Positions 20,719-30,320 of a stretch of 64,000 nucleotides of DNA are shown in pieces. The notes under the pieces were generated by a model. It ran no database searches and was not told the origin of the DNA. It saw only the letters and a list, made by a program, of their open reading frames with translations. Position numbers and translations under genes: made by a program. The first letter of the stretch is position 1, and every line of letters begins with the position of its first letter. Origin of the DNA: an uncultured Gemmatimonadales bacterium (GTDB taxonomy: Bacteria > Gemmatimonadota > Gemmatimonadetes > Gemmatimonadales > GWC2-71-9); the NCBI GenBank assembly GCA_963730915.1, contig CAVSTR010000004.1:215014-279013 (forward strand). The letters run 5' to 3'.

Positions 20719-21036
20719 TTACTCCCTATCGGCGAGAGGCCTTTCGGAGGCCTGTCGCGCCAGCTCTCTGAGCGGCTCGGAGAGATGCTCTCCATAATGC
20801 AGGAGGAAAACCCCCCGTGCGCGGCGCTGCATGAGAAACGCCACCAGCGGAGTGTCGGCCTTCGCCGCGTTGCAGTCCTTGCAGGCCAGTACCAGGTTGT
20901 CCGGACGGTCGTAAGCCGTCTGACCCCGGCGGGGCCGCACATGATCGAGAGTGATCGCGTGTTCCGGTGTTTCCGTTCCGCAATACGCGCAAACGGAGCC
21001 GTGTTGAGCAAGGAGCCAATCGCGGTGCGACTGCAT
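20719..21036 (-). CDS. small HNH endonuclease
   Basis: From internal Met MQSHRDWLLAQHGSVCAYCG...ITLDHVRPRRGQ...NLVLACKDCNAAK (HNH with two CxxC pairs). Confidence 0.8.
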   Translation of the reverse strand: MQSHRDWLLAQHGSVCAYCGTETPEHAITLDHVRPRRGQTAYDRPDNLVLACKDCNAAKADTPLVAFLMQRRARGVFLLHYGEHLSEPLRELARQASERPLADRE

Positions 21037-21239
21037 TGAACGACCAGGGGAACGGCGGAAGCTAGGGATGTGAGCTGCAGGGTGCCTTCGTGATCTACGT
21101 GCCACAGAATACCATATCGAGGGTGAGACATTGACCTGGGTTACAGGTCGTGAACGTACCTCTAAAAGGTAGCAAGATTAACGCCAGAATAACAGGAAAC
21201 ACGGTCAAACAGCGGAATAACCGATCTCCCGAACGCGCG

Positions 21240-21824
21240 CTAGGGTGCGAAGGAGTGCTGTTCTACGCCGTGCACCCGGGCCCGGTACTCCCCCTCGAGT
21301 AGCCAGCCCCAACCCCATTTGTTGTCATAGGGATGCACCACCTGGACCGGTCTTTCTCCGCGGTATAATGGACGGCCCTCGTTGGCCCACTGGAAAAGGC
21401 TGCTTCCCAGGTTCTGAACCCGCCGGTACCCCTGCCCGCCCAGCCAGTCAGCCACTCTCGCCCCGCGGTATCCCGCCGACGAATACACCACGATCGGGGT
21501 GTCGCGCGGCATCCTGGATAGCGGCCCCAGACCGGGGCGATACGGGTCGATCCGCCGCGCCCCTTTCAGATGACTGACCTCGAACTCGGCCTGGCTTCGG
21601 GCATCGAGGATCACGGGCGGCGTTCGGGTGGAATCGTTCAGCCAGCGGGCGAGATCCCTGGTAACGATCCACTGCACCCGGGGGAATTTGTACGAGGTGC
21701 CCCGCTGCAATAGCTCGAACAGCAGCGGACGCCCCGCGGCAACCATGACCACCGCGCCGATCAGAGTCGGCAGGACGAAGAGGATAAGGAAGAGCCGGAG
21801 CAGTCGGCGCATGGGTTGGAACAT
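21240..21824 (-). CDS. membrane-anchored rhodanese-homology domain protein (active-site Cys replaced by Ser)
   Basis: TM start LFLILFVLPTLIGAVVMV. Rhodanese pattern VILDARSQAEFEVSHLKGARRI...IVVYSSAGYRGARVADWL, with Ser where the catalytic Cys of CxxGxR normally sits. Confidence 0.7.
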   Translation of the reverse strand: MFQPMRRLLRLFLILFVLPTLIGAVVMVAAGRPLLFELLQRGTSYKFPRVQWIVTRDLARWLNDSTRTPPVILDARSQAEFEVSHLKGARRIDPYRPGLGPLSRMPRDTPIVVYSSAGYRGARVADWLGGQGYRRVQNLGSSLFQWANEGRPLYRGERPVQVVHPYDNKWGWGWLLEGEYRARVHGVEQHSFAP

Positions 21825-21826
21825 AC

Positions 21827-22090
21827 GGCGGTAAGGCGGTAGGGCGGAACGCCGGTAGGGCGGTAGGTACAGTCATCGCGAGCGGCCGCCAGGCCGCGTG
21901 GCGATCCCGTAGATCTCGCGCACGTGATTCGGGAGACTGCTTCGGCACTGCGTGCCTCGCAATGACTACCTACCAACCTTCCGTCGCTCCGCTCCGTCTC
22001 TCCGACCCTCCGTCTCACCGTCCCTCCGACCCTCCGTCTCTCCGTCCTTCCCGTCCTTCCCGTCCTCCGGCTATCTTCCCCTTCCCACCG
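21827..22090. repeat. palindromic tandem-repeat element with nested core hairpin
   Basis: G-rich arm GGCGGTAAGGCGGTAGGGCGGAACGCCGGTAGGGCGGTAGGTA (21827-21869). Core hairpin GTCATCGCGAG...CTCGCAATGAC (21872-21968). Long C-rich arm of CCGTCTC/CCGACCCTC/CCGTCCTTC units (21967-22090). It fills the divergent rhodanese/tkt intergenic region and starts 3 nt from the rhodanese ATG. Confidence 0.7.
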
Positions 22091-22154
22091 GCGCCCTGGT
22101 GCACACGCCCGAAAGGAGCTGGTCCTGAACGTAGAGAGCACCCGCACTCGACCT

Positions 22155-24195
22155 GTGCGACCAGACCCTTCGTCGTCAACCCGAGAATCAGATCCGGCCC
22201 CCGCCGTGGCGTGGCAGAGCATCAATTCCATCCGCGCCCTGGCGATGGACGCCGTCGAGCAGGCTCAGTCCGGCCATCCCGGCACTCCCATGGCGCTGGC
22301 CCCGGCCGCGTACGTTCTGTGGACCCGCTTTCTTCGTCACAACCCGGCAAATCCTGAGTGGGCGGACCGCGATCGTTTCGTGCTTTCATGCGGCCACGCT
22401 TCGATGCTGCTGTATTCGGTGCTGCACCTCAGCTGGGTACGATCTCTCGCTCGACGAGCTCAGGAACTTCCGGCAGTGGGGATCACGTACGCCCGGTCAT
22501 CCGGAGCGCGGGCACACCCCGGAGTCGAGACTACCACGGGACCGCTGGGGCAGGGATTCGGCAACGCAGTCGGTATGGCGATAGCCGAGCGGTTTCTGGC
22601 AGATCACTTCAACCGTCCGGGGCACACCATCGTCGATCATCGGGTGTGGGCTTTCGCCAGCGATGGCGACCTGATGGAAGGCGTTGCCTCTGAGGCGGCG
22701 TCGCTGGCCGGCCATCTTCGGCTGGGCAAGCTCACGGTGGTGTATGACGACAACCACATCACGATCGACGGCGACACGGCTCTCAGCTTCTCCGAGGACG
22801 TGGCGCGTCGTTTCGAGGCGTACGGCTGGCATGTCGCCCGTGTAGGAGACGGCAACGATCTCGCCGCGATCGCCGCCGCGTACGAAGGCGCCCGAGCAGA
22901 GACGAGCCGGCCATCGCTGATCATCCTCCGAACGGTGATTGCCGACCCGGCGCCTACCAAGCGGAATACCGCCGACGCCCACGGGAGTCCGCTCGGCGCC
23001 GACGAGGTCAAGCGAACCAAAGAGATCATGGGCTGGCCTCAGGAGCCGAAGTTCTACATCCCGGACGAAGCGCTCGCCGACTGGCGCAGAGCGCTGACCA
23101 GAGGCGCCGAGCTCGAATCCGAGTGGCAGCGTCGGCTCGATGCGTACACGGCGGCCCAACCGGAACTCGCATCCGAGTTCCGCCGGTGGCTGTCCGGCGA
23201 TCTTCCGATGGATTGGGACAAGAACCTGCCGGTGCTCGGCCCCGGTGCTGGACAGCTGGCGACTCGCCAGGCGTCAGGTCTCGCTCTTCAAGCCATCGCC
23301 ACAACGGTACCCAACCTCATCGGCGGCTCCGCCGATCTCGGAACCAGCACCGGCACCACCCTGAAGCAGGGCGGCAGTTTCAGCGCCTCCACCAGCGGCC
23401 GCACCTTTCACTGGGGTGTGCGGGAGCATGGAATGGCCGCGTGCCTGAACGGAATCGCCGCTCACGGCGGGCTTCGGCCGTTCGGCAGCACCTTCCTGGT
23501 GTTCTCCGACTACATGAAGCCATCGATCCGGCTGGCCGCGATCATGCGTCTGCCGGTCATCTATATTGGCACGCACGATTCCATCGGTGTGGGAGAGGAT
23601 GGTCCGACCCACCAGCCGGTAGAACACCTGGCGATGCTCCGCGCTATTCCCAATCTGGTGACCATCCGGCCCGGAGATGCCACCGAGACGATCGAGGCCT
23701 GGCGGGTGGCGATGGAACGCCGGGACGGACCGACGATGTTGGTGCTGACCCGTCAGAAGCTCGCGGTGCTGGACCGCACCCAGCTCGCTGCCGCTGACGG
23801 CGTAAGGCGGGGCGCCTACGTGCTCACGGACCCCGCAGGCGACGGCGGGCTCGATGCCATACTGATCGGAACCGGGTCGGAGCTCGGGCGTGGCACTCGG
23901 GGCCGCTCGGCTGTTGCAGGCCGACGGAGTGAGGGCGCGAGTCGTTTCGATGCCTTCGTGGGAACTGTTCGCCGCTCAGCCCGAGCGTTACCGTAACGTG
24001 GTGCTTCCGCCTGCCGTCCGTACCCGCGTAGCGGTCGAAGCAGCGGGACCGTTCGGCTGGTCTCGCTGGATCACCGATGACGGAGCCATGATCGGCATGG
24101 AGGGGTTCGGAGCGTCAGCCCCGGGCGAACGCCTGTATCAGGAATTCAAACTCACGCCGGAACAGGTGGCGGCAACGGTGAAACGGATCTTATGA
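22155..24195 (+). CDS. tkt: transketolase, three frameshifts (near 22437, 22512, 23888)
   Basis: [95 protein letters not shown] compensating indel pair garbles about 25 codons (the correct reading [24 protein letters not shown] is in ORF 22358..22693). The C-terminus is in ORF 23890..24195. Confidence 0.9.
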
Positions 24196-25295
24196 ACAAT
24201 CCGCTTCTTCAGCTCGCCCGGCTGGGGCAGAGCCTCTGGTACGACTACATCACCCGCGACCTGGTAACGTCGGGCGCCCTGACGAAGCTGATCGCGGAGG
24301 ATGGTCTTCGGGGAATGACTTCCAACCCCACCATCTTCGAGAAAGCGATCGCCGGAAGCCATCTGTACGACGATGACATCCGCCGGTTATCGGACCAGGG
24401 TCACACCCCGGGACAGATATTCGAGTCACTGGCGGTGGCCGACGTTCAATCGGCGTGTGACGTCTTCCTGTCGCTGTACCGTGAGCTCGACGGAGCCGAT
24501 GGTTACGTATCGATCGAGGTGTCTCCCACACTGGCGAACGATACGGACGGAACCATTCTGGAGGCGCAGCGCCTGTGGAAGGCCGTGGGACGGCCGAATG
24601 CAATGATCAAGATTCCGGGGACACGTGCCGGACTTCCGGCTATCACGCGCTGCATCGCCGATGGTATCAACGTCAACGTCACGCTTCTGTTCTCCATCGA
24701 ACGCTACGCCGCCGTGGTCGAGGCATTCCTCGCCGGCCTGGAGTCTCGCCTCGGAGATGGGCTCCCGATCCACGGCATCGCCTCCGTGGCCAGTTTCTTC
24801 GTGAGCCGCGTGGATGCCAAGGTGGATCCTCTCCTGGAACGAGCCCGAGGCGGTGCACCGCTGCTGGGGAAGATCGCGATCGCCAATGCGGCCCTTGCGT
24901 ATGGGATCTTCGAGCGGACCCTGGAGACCCCGCGGTGGAAGAGGCTCAAGGAGGCGGGAGCGCGGCCACAACGGCCACTCTGGGCATCTACCAGCACGAA
25001 GGACCCTCGCCTGCCCGACGTTTACTACGTCGAGGCCCTCGTGGCTTCGCAGACTGTCAATACTCTCCCTCCGGAAACCTTCGAGGCGTACCGCGATCAT
25101 GGTGCGCCCGCCGTGCGAATCGATGAGAGCGTGGCCGCGGCGCCGGCTCAGCTGGATGCGCTGAAGGAAGCAGGCATCGACCTGAACACGATGACTCGCG
25201 AGCTCGAGGAGGAGGGTGTGGCCAAGTTCGCCGCTTCCCACGCCGCCGTCCTGGCCGGCATCGAGGCCAAAACAGGAGCACTGGCCTCACGGTGA
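24192..25295 (+). CDS. tal: transaldolase (long form)
   Basis: [13 protein letters not shown]...[16 protein letters not shown]...GYVSIEVSP...IKIPGT. ATGA start/stop overlap with tkt. Confidence 0.9.
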   Translation: MNNPLLQLARLGQSLWYDYITRDLVTSGALTKLIAEDGLRGMTSNPTIFEKAIAGSHLYDDDIRRLSDQGHTPGQIFESLAVADVQSACDVFLSLYRELDGADGYVSIEVSPTLANDTDGTILEAQRLWKAVGRPNAMIKIPGTRAGLPAITRCIADGINVNVTLLFSIERYAAVVEAFLAGLESRLGDGLPIHGIASVASFFVSRVDAKVDPLLERARGGAPLLGKIAIANAALAYGIFERTLETPRWKRLKEAGARPQRPLWASTSTKDPRLPDVYYVEALVASQTVNTLPPETFEAYRDHGAPAVRIDESVAAAPAQLDALKEAGIDLNTMTRELEEEGVAKFAASHAAVLAGIEAKTGALASR

Positions 25296-26539
25296 CCGCC
25301 GTCTGGGGATTTCTTCGCCGCATCTCCGTCACAAAGTGGATCCTGATTTTCATGTTGCTTGGCGCCCTGGTCGGGTGGCTGAACCCCGACCTCGGCACCA
25401 GCCTCAAGCCGCTGTCGACGATCTTTCTGCGGATGATCAAGTCGATCGTGGTGCCGATCATCTTCGGCAGCCTGGTGATCGGCATCGCGGGGCACGGCGA
25501 CGACATGAAGCGCGTGGGTCGGCTCGCGCTCAAAGCGATCATCTATTTCGAGATCGTGACCACGCTGGCCCTCTTCATCGGGCTGGCCGCGGTGAACCTG
25601 ACACAACCCGGTGTTGGGGTAAGGCTGAACCAGTCGGCCGCAGAGGGCCAGCAGCTGGCTCAGAAGACCACCACTTTCAGCGGAATTCTGGAGCATCTGG
25701 TCCCCCAGAGCTTCTTCGAGGCGGCGGCGAACAACGAAGTCCTCCAGATCGTCTTCTTCTCGATTCTCTTCGGGGTCGCGCTGTCCCAGGTGAAGGGACG
25801 ACCGAAGGACGTGATGCTCGGATTCGCCGAGGGCCTGGCGGAGACGATGTTCAAGTTCACCGGCATCGTGATGAAGTTTGCGCCTATCGGCATCGGCGCC
25901 GCGATCGCGGTGACGGTGGGACACAGCGGTATTCAGGTGCTGAAGAATCTCGGGCTGATGGTGCTGACGCTCTACGGCGCACTCATCGTGTTCATCCTCG
26001 TGGTGCTGGTGCCGGTGGCGTTGCTCGCACGAGTCCCGCTCGGCGCCTTCATCCGAGCGGTGCGGGAACCGGCGCTGCTTGCTTTCGCGACCACATCTTC
26101 AGAGGCCGCGCTCCCGAAGGCGCTGGAGAATATGGAGCAGCTGGGCGTACCGCGGCGCATCGTCGCCTTTGTGCTGCCGACTGGCTACTCCTTTAATCTG
26201 GACGGCTCGACCCTCTACCTGGCGGTGGCATCGATCTTCGTGGCCCAGGCTGCGGGAGTGCACCTGACGTTCGGCCAGCAGGTGATCATGATGCTCACGC
26301 TGATGGTGACCAGCAAAGGCGTCGCGGGCGTGCCTCGGGCGTCGCTGGTGATCCTGTCCGGGACCCTGCTGCATTTCGGTCTTCCGCTCGAGGGCGTCGC
26401 AATCATCTTGGGAGTGGACGAGCTCATGGATATGGGCCGCACTACTGTGAACGTGATTGGGAACTGCCTCGCCACCGTGGTGATGGCCCGCTGGGAGGGG
26501 GAATTCAACCCGGTTCTTGCGATGGCCGAAGCTGCGTAG
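25292..26539 (+). CDS. dicarboxylate/amino acid:cation symporter (DAACS family)
   Basis: 415 aa polytopic protein. SSEAALPK, YSFNLDGSTLY, VAGVPRASLV and MDMGRTTVNVIGN are characteristic GltP/DctA motifs. GTGA overlap with tal. Confidence 0.85.
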   Translation: MTAVWGFLRRISVTKWILIFMLLGALVGWLNPDLGTSLKPLSTIFLRMIKSIVVPIIFGSLVIGIAGHGDDMKRVGRLALKAIIYFEIVTTLALFIGLAAVNLTQPGVGVRLNQSAAEGQQLAQKTTTFSGILEHLVPQSFFEAAANNEVLQIVFFSILFGVALSQVKGRPKDVMLGFAEGLAETMFKFTGIVMKFAPIGIGAAIAVTVGHSGIQVLKNLGLMVLTLYGALIVFILVVLVPVALLARVPLGAFIRAVREPALLAFATTSSEAALPKALENMEQLGVPRRIVAFVLPTGYSFNLDGSTLYLAVASIFVAQAAGVHLTFGQQVIMMLTLMVTSKGVAGVPRASLVILSGTLLHFGLPLEGVAIILGVDELMDMGRTTVNVIGNCLATVVMARWEGEFNPVLAMAEAA

Positions 26540-26556
26540 GTGTTTACCGGCGAATG

Positions 26557-26736
26557 TTCACCACAGAGGGAGAGAGGGCACAGAGGTTTCGTCAGCTGCT
26601 TGCAGTATCGTTCTCCCCTAACGGAGATCAATACAAGGGTTTTTGTACAACAACCACAGCATTGGCGCTCATCATGGGAGTGCCGGAAGCGGCTGGGATG
26701 ACGTGACCTCTGTGCCCTCTCTCCCTCTGTGGTGAA
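26557..26736. repeat. 180-bp element with perfect 31-bp terminal inverted repeats
   Basis: TTCACCACAGAGGGAGAGAGGGCACAGAGGT (26557-26587) is the exact reverse complement of 26706-26736. The 118-nt core contains GTCATCCCAGCC on the minus strand. Confidence 0.8.
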
Positions 26737-26775
26737 TCTTTTCACGCAACTATTCGGGCAGCGGTAGCGTCATAC

Positions 26776-28644
26776 ATGCAGACCATTCACCGAGAACGAA
26801 ACATGAGCTGTGGGTTCTATCGGAGTGCCAAGCTGACCTCGTTGTTCCTTGCCTTCCTGGTGCCCGCCATCCAGGCGCAGCAGAAGACGCCACCCGCGCC
26901 GCTCCGGCCGGCGCCGCTCCGATCGGCACCGATCTCCAACATTCGATACGACCTCACCTTCGATTCGACTACCGCAAGCAAGCGAACCATCTCGGTGGCC
27001 ATGTCGTTCGATGTCGCCGGCGCCGCGCCCGTGCTGCTCTCGCTCCCGGCGTGGACTCCCGGTGCATACGAGATCAGTAACTTTGCCCGCTGGGTGGTGG
27101 GCTTCACCGCAGCCTCCGGAACCAGCCGGCTGACCTGGGATAAGCTGGATTTCGACACCTGGAGAATCCAGCCGGGCAGGGGAAAAGGCGTGACGGTACG
27201 CTTCGACTACGTCGCCGACACGCTCGACAATGCCATGGCCTGGGCTCGGCCCGACTTCGTGCTGTTCAACGGCACCAATGTCCTGCTGTACCCCGAGGGC
27301 CAGGGCTTCGACTTTCCGGCCGCGCTTACCGTGAAGACAGAAAACGGCTGGCACGTTGCCACCGGCATGACGCCCGGGCGGGCACCGGGGAGCTACAGCG
27401 CCTCGAATTATCACGACCTGGTGGACCGTCCCTTCTTTGTGGGCCGCTTCGATCTCGACAGCCTGCAGACGGCGGGACGCTGGACCAGGCTCGCGACGTA
27501 TCCCGCCGGCGCTCTGACCGGCGCACCCCGGGAACAGTTCAAGGACCAGATATCCCGGATGATTCCGCCGGAGGCTGCCGTGTTCGGCGAGACGCCCTGG
27601 GACAGCTATAGCAATCTGCTGATCTTCGACGCCAGCTATGGCGGCGGCAGCGCGCTGGAGCACGCGAACTCCCACGTGGGGATCTACAACCCCAGCTTCA
27701 TGGGAACCCCGCTCCTGGCGTCGATAACCGCGCACGAAATCTTTCATGCCTGGAACGTGAAGCGGCTGCGCCCGGCCGACATGGTGCCGTACGACTACCA
27801 TAGCCCCCAGCCGACCCCGTGGCTTTGGGTGAGTGAGGGGATCACTGACTATTACGCTGACGTGGCACTGGTGCGCGGTGGAATCATCGATTCTGCCGCA
27901 TTTCTGGCGGAGGTTTCCCAGAAGGCCAACACTGTCGCCGAGGCTCCTCCGACAGCACTGGAGGACGCGTCGCTCTCCACCTGGATCCACCCGGTCGACG
28001 GCAGCGGCTACATCTATTACCCCAAGGGTTCACTCGCCGGCTTCCTGCTCGACATCATGATTCGCGACGCCAGCAACAACGCCCGATCGCTGGACGATGT
28101 GATGCGACAGCTGTATCGGTCGACGTACAAGGCCGGCCGGGGATTCGCGAGCGCAGACTGGTGGGGTACGGTCAGCCGGGCGGCCGGCGGCCGCTCATTC
28201 GCGGAGTTCAACGGCCGCTACATCGATGGTCGGGAGCCATTCCCGTACGGCCAGGTTCTTCCACTCGCAGGCCTCAGGATGATCACCGATACCACGCGTG
28301 ATCCCCGGCTCGGCATCTCCGCCAGCCCCGATTCAGGCGGCATTCTGGTGAATGCCGTCACGCCAGGGGGTCCCGCCGAGGCGGCTGGAGTCCGTGCGGG
28401 CGACCGGCTTCTGGCCATCGGAGATTTGTCTATCACCGACCCGGATTTTGGACCAGCATTCCGCTCGCGCTTCGGGAACCAGGAGGGAGCGCCCCTGCCG
28501 ATCAAAGTCCTGCGCGGCGCCGACACCGTGACGCTCAATGGAAAGGTGGTGCTGGCCGAGCGTATCCAGCGCCGGGTCGAGATGGATCCGGGAGCATCCG
28601 AGAAGGCGGTGAGAGTGAGGAACGGGATAATGCGAGGGCGGTAG
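26776..28644 (+). CDS. M61 glycyl aminopeptidase-family metallopeptidase with C-terminal PDZ domain
   Basis: Signal peptide, HExxH (AHEIFHAWNVKRLRP), downstream SEGITDYYA, and a PDZ (GILVNAVTPGGPAEAAGVRAGDRLLAIGD). Confidence 0.85.
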   Translation: MQTIHRERNMSCGFYRSAKLTSLFLAFLVPAIQAQQKTPPAPLRPAPLRSAPISNIRYDLTFDSTTASKRTISVAMSFDVAGAAPVLLSLPAWTPGAYEISNFARWVVGFTAASGTSRLTWDKLDFDTWRIQPGRGKGVTVRFDYVADTLDNAMAWARPDFVLFNGTNVLLYPEGQGFDFPAALTVKTENGWHVATGMTPGRAPGSYSASNYHDLVDRPFFVGRFDLDSLQTAGRWTRLATYPAGALTGAPREQFKDQISRMIPPEAAVFGETPWDSYSNLLIFDASYGGGSALEHANSHVGIYNPSFMGTPLLASITAHEIFHAWNVKRLRPADMVPYDYHSPQPTPWLWVSEGITDYYADVALVRGGIIDSAAFLAEVSQKANTVAEAPPTALEDASLSTWIHPVDGSGYIYYPKGSLAGFLLDIMIRDASNNARSLDDVMRQLYRSTYKAGRGFASADWWGTVSRAAGGRSFAEFNGRYIDGREPFPYGQVLPLAGLRMITDTTRDPRLGISASPDSGGILVNAVTPGGPAEAAGVRAGDRLLAIGDLSITDPDFGPAFRSRFGNQEGAPLPIKVLRGADTVTLNGKVVLAERIQRRVEMDPGASEKAVRVRNGIMRGR

Positions 28645-28843
28645 GGAGGGTCGGAGAGGTCGGAGGATTAGGCAGGGTCGGAGGGTCGGAGGGTCGGGAA
28701 GGAAATGAACTCCTCATCCCGAGTGCAACGAGGGATCTACTCAGCCAACTCTCGGATCTGGTTAGATAGATCCTTCGCTTTGCTCAGGATGAGGAGTCTG
28801 GTTTTCCCGGCCTTCCCGTCCCTTCCCGCCCTACCTCACTCTC
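28636..28843. repeat. palindromic tandem-repeat element with nested core hairpin
   Basis: G-rich arm GGGCGGTAGGGAGGGTCGGAGAGGTCGGAGG...GGGTCGGAGGGTCGGAGGGTCGGGAAGG (28636-28703). Core hairpin ACTCCTCATCCCGAGTGCAACGAGGGATCTA ... TAGATCCTTCGCTTTGCTCAGGATGAGGAGT (28709-28797). C-rich arm TCCCGGCCTTCCCGTCCCTTCCCGCCCTACCTCAC (28805-28843). It sits between the convergent stops of the M61 and PPIase genes. Confidence 0.75.
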
Positions 28844-29413
28844 GTAATACTGATGATCCCAACCGGCGGTGTGAGTCTCTGGTCCTGAGCTCGCGCCGTA
28901 TGAATCAGGCGTACCACTTCCCGCCCCCGAACCACCCTGCCGATCGGAGTGAAGCTTCGACCATCAGGGTCGAGCCTGCCCAGCTCGGGCTGTTCCCAGA
29001 CGCGAATGAAGAAATCCGGCGCTGGCGCAGCGAGCTTCTCGGCTCCGAGCGAGAGCGCTCGTACCTCCCTGCGACAGGCCCGTATCCTTCTTGTTCTCCA
29101 ACGCCATCGGCGGAGCCTCCTTCGAGCGCGAAGGATTCACTTCGCCCTGGATGCCTTCGATCTGGGACCGCCCGCCGGGCAGCCGCTCTGCCCTGACAGT
29201 CCGATGAAAACGGCTACCCTGGTACGCTCCCTGATCCACGTAGATCAGGAAGTTGCCGGCAGCATCGGGATTCTTGACCGTGTCGACCTCCACCTCCATG
29301 CTGCCGAGCTCGGTTTGGATCATGACCCGCGGCAGCTCCTGCGCTAACAGAGCGGGAGCCCAGAGCATTACGCCGGCCCCCAGCCACGCCTTAGCTGTCA
29401 TTGCTGAGCTCAT
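28841..29413 (-). CDS. cyclophilin-type peptidyl-prolyl cis-trans isomerase (secreted), one frameshift near 29070
   Basis: ORF 28964..29413: signal peptide, then VMIQTELGSMEVEVDTVKNPDAAGNFLIYVDQGAYQGSRFHR. My translation of the next frame restores ...APAPDFFIRVWEQPELGRLDPDGRSFTPIGRVVRGREVV...ITRVR, stopping at 28841. Confidence 0.75.
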
Positions 29414-30320
29414 GTCGGATGAAAAGGCTTCCGAGATCCCGAGGCGAGAGCTCGCGCGGGGCTTCGAGTAATCCAGTCAGGTGTGCCGCCTGGCCCAGCA
29501 CGCTACCGGGAGTCATGCCGGCTGAGCGCAGATCGCGAACCCCGGTATCCCGGCTCGATTTGCTGAGCTTGGCTCCTGAGCGGTGGCGAATGAGCGGGTG
29601 GTGCAGGTATGCGGGTGGAGTGCTGCGTCCGAGCATTCGCGCGAGCCGGATCTGGCGACCGGTCGACCCAAGCAAGTCCTGGCCTCTGATCACCAGATCG
29701 ATGCCCTGCTCGATGTCGTCGACGGTGACCGCGAACTGATAGGTCCAGTTGCCCAGTCGGTCCTTCAGCAGCACGTCTCCGCACTGGGCCTGCGGATCCT
29801 GTTGCTGTTCTCCCAGCAACATGTCGGTGAAGCGTTCGTTCCCAGGCTCGATCGTCACTCGGATGCCACGTCCTTCCTGAGCCGCAAGATTCCGGTCACG
29901 GCAACGACCGGGATACGGGGTTTCCTGATCGGGCACGTCCGCGTCACCCGCTATGTCCTTCCGGGAGCAGTCGCACGCATAGACTCTGAACCTCCTACCC
30001 AACCGCTCCAAGGCCGACGTGTACCTCACGTCGTTGTCGCTCTGGCGGAGTGATGATCTGCCGCTCTTGAACTCACCGGGTTGCCCAAGGTCAGGCTCCA
30101 AACCCAGCCACTCGAGGTCCTCGAGAATGGCGGTCTCGTACTCGGGTCGGCAGCGTCCACGATCATGATCCTCGAGCCTGAGAAGCACTCTCCCACTCAA
30201 AGCCTGAGCAAGCCCCCAAACGTGAATCGCATTCGCGACATGTCCCAGGTGCAGATAGCCAGTGGGACTGGGCGCAAACCGGGTAAGAGGCCCCGGTGGT
30301 GACGGTTCAGGCGTCTTCAA
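29391..30320 (-). CDS. gluQ: glutamyl-Q tRNA(Asp) synthetase
   Basis: RFAPSPTGYLHLGHVANA...LLRLEDHD...YACDCSRKD... and KLSKS. A truncated GluRS catalytic domain of about 300 aa with no anticodon-binding domain. Confidence 0.85.
   Translation of the reverse strand: MKTPEPSPPGPLTRFAPSPTGYLHLGHVANAIHVWGLAQALSGRVLLRLEDHDRGRCRPEYETAILEDLEWLGLEPDLGQPGEFKSGRSSLRQSDNDVRYTSALERLGRRFRVYACDCSRKDIAGDADVPDQETPYPGRCRDRNLAAQEGRGIRVTIEPGNERFTDMLLGEQQQDPQAQCGDVLLKDRLGNWTYQFAVTVDDIEQGIDLVIRGQDLLGSTGRQIRLARMLGRSTPPAYLHHPLIRHRSGAKLSKSSRDTGVRDLRSAGMTPGSVLGQAAHLTGLLEAPRELSPRDLGSLFIRHELSNDS

Noticed and set aside
21448-22357. ORFs 21448..21948, 21761..22231 and 21962..22357 with PTALPPY / PSDPPS-type low-complexity peptides
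   Set aside because: They are translations of the tandem-repeat arms of the 21827-22090 element in the divergent rhodanese/tkt intergenic region. They have no coding signal.
22430-22520. Programmed ribosomal frameshifting as an explanation for the split genes (for example the compensating pair in tkt)
   Set aside because: There are no slippery heptamers or downstream pseudoknots. Shifts occur in both directions, at many unrelated genes and often in homopolymers. Sequencing indels are the simpler explanation.
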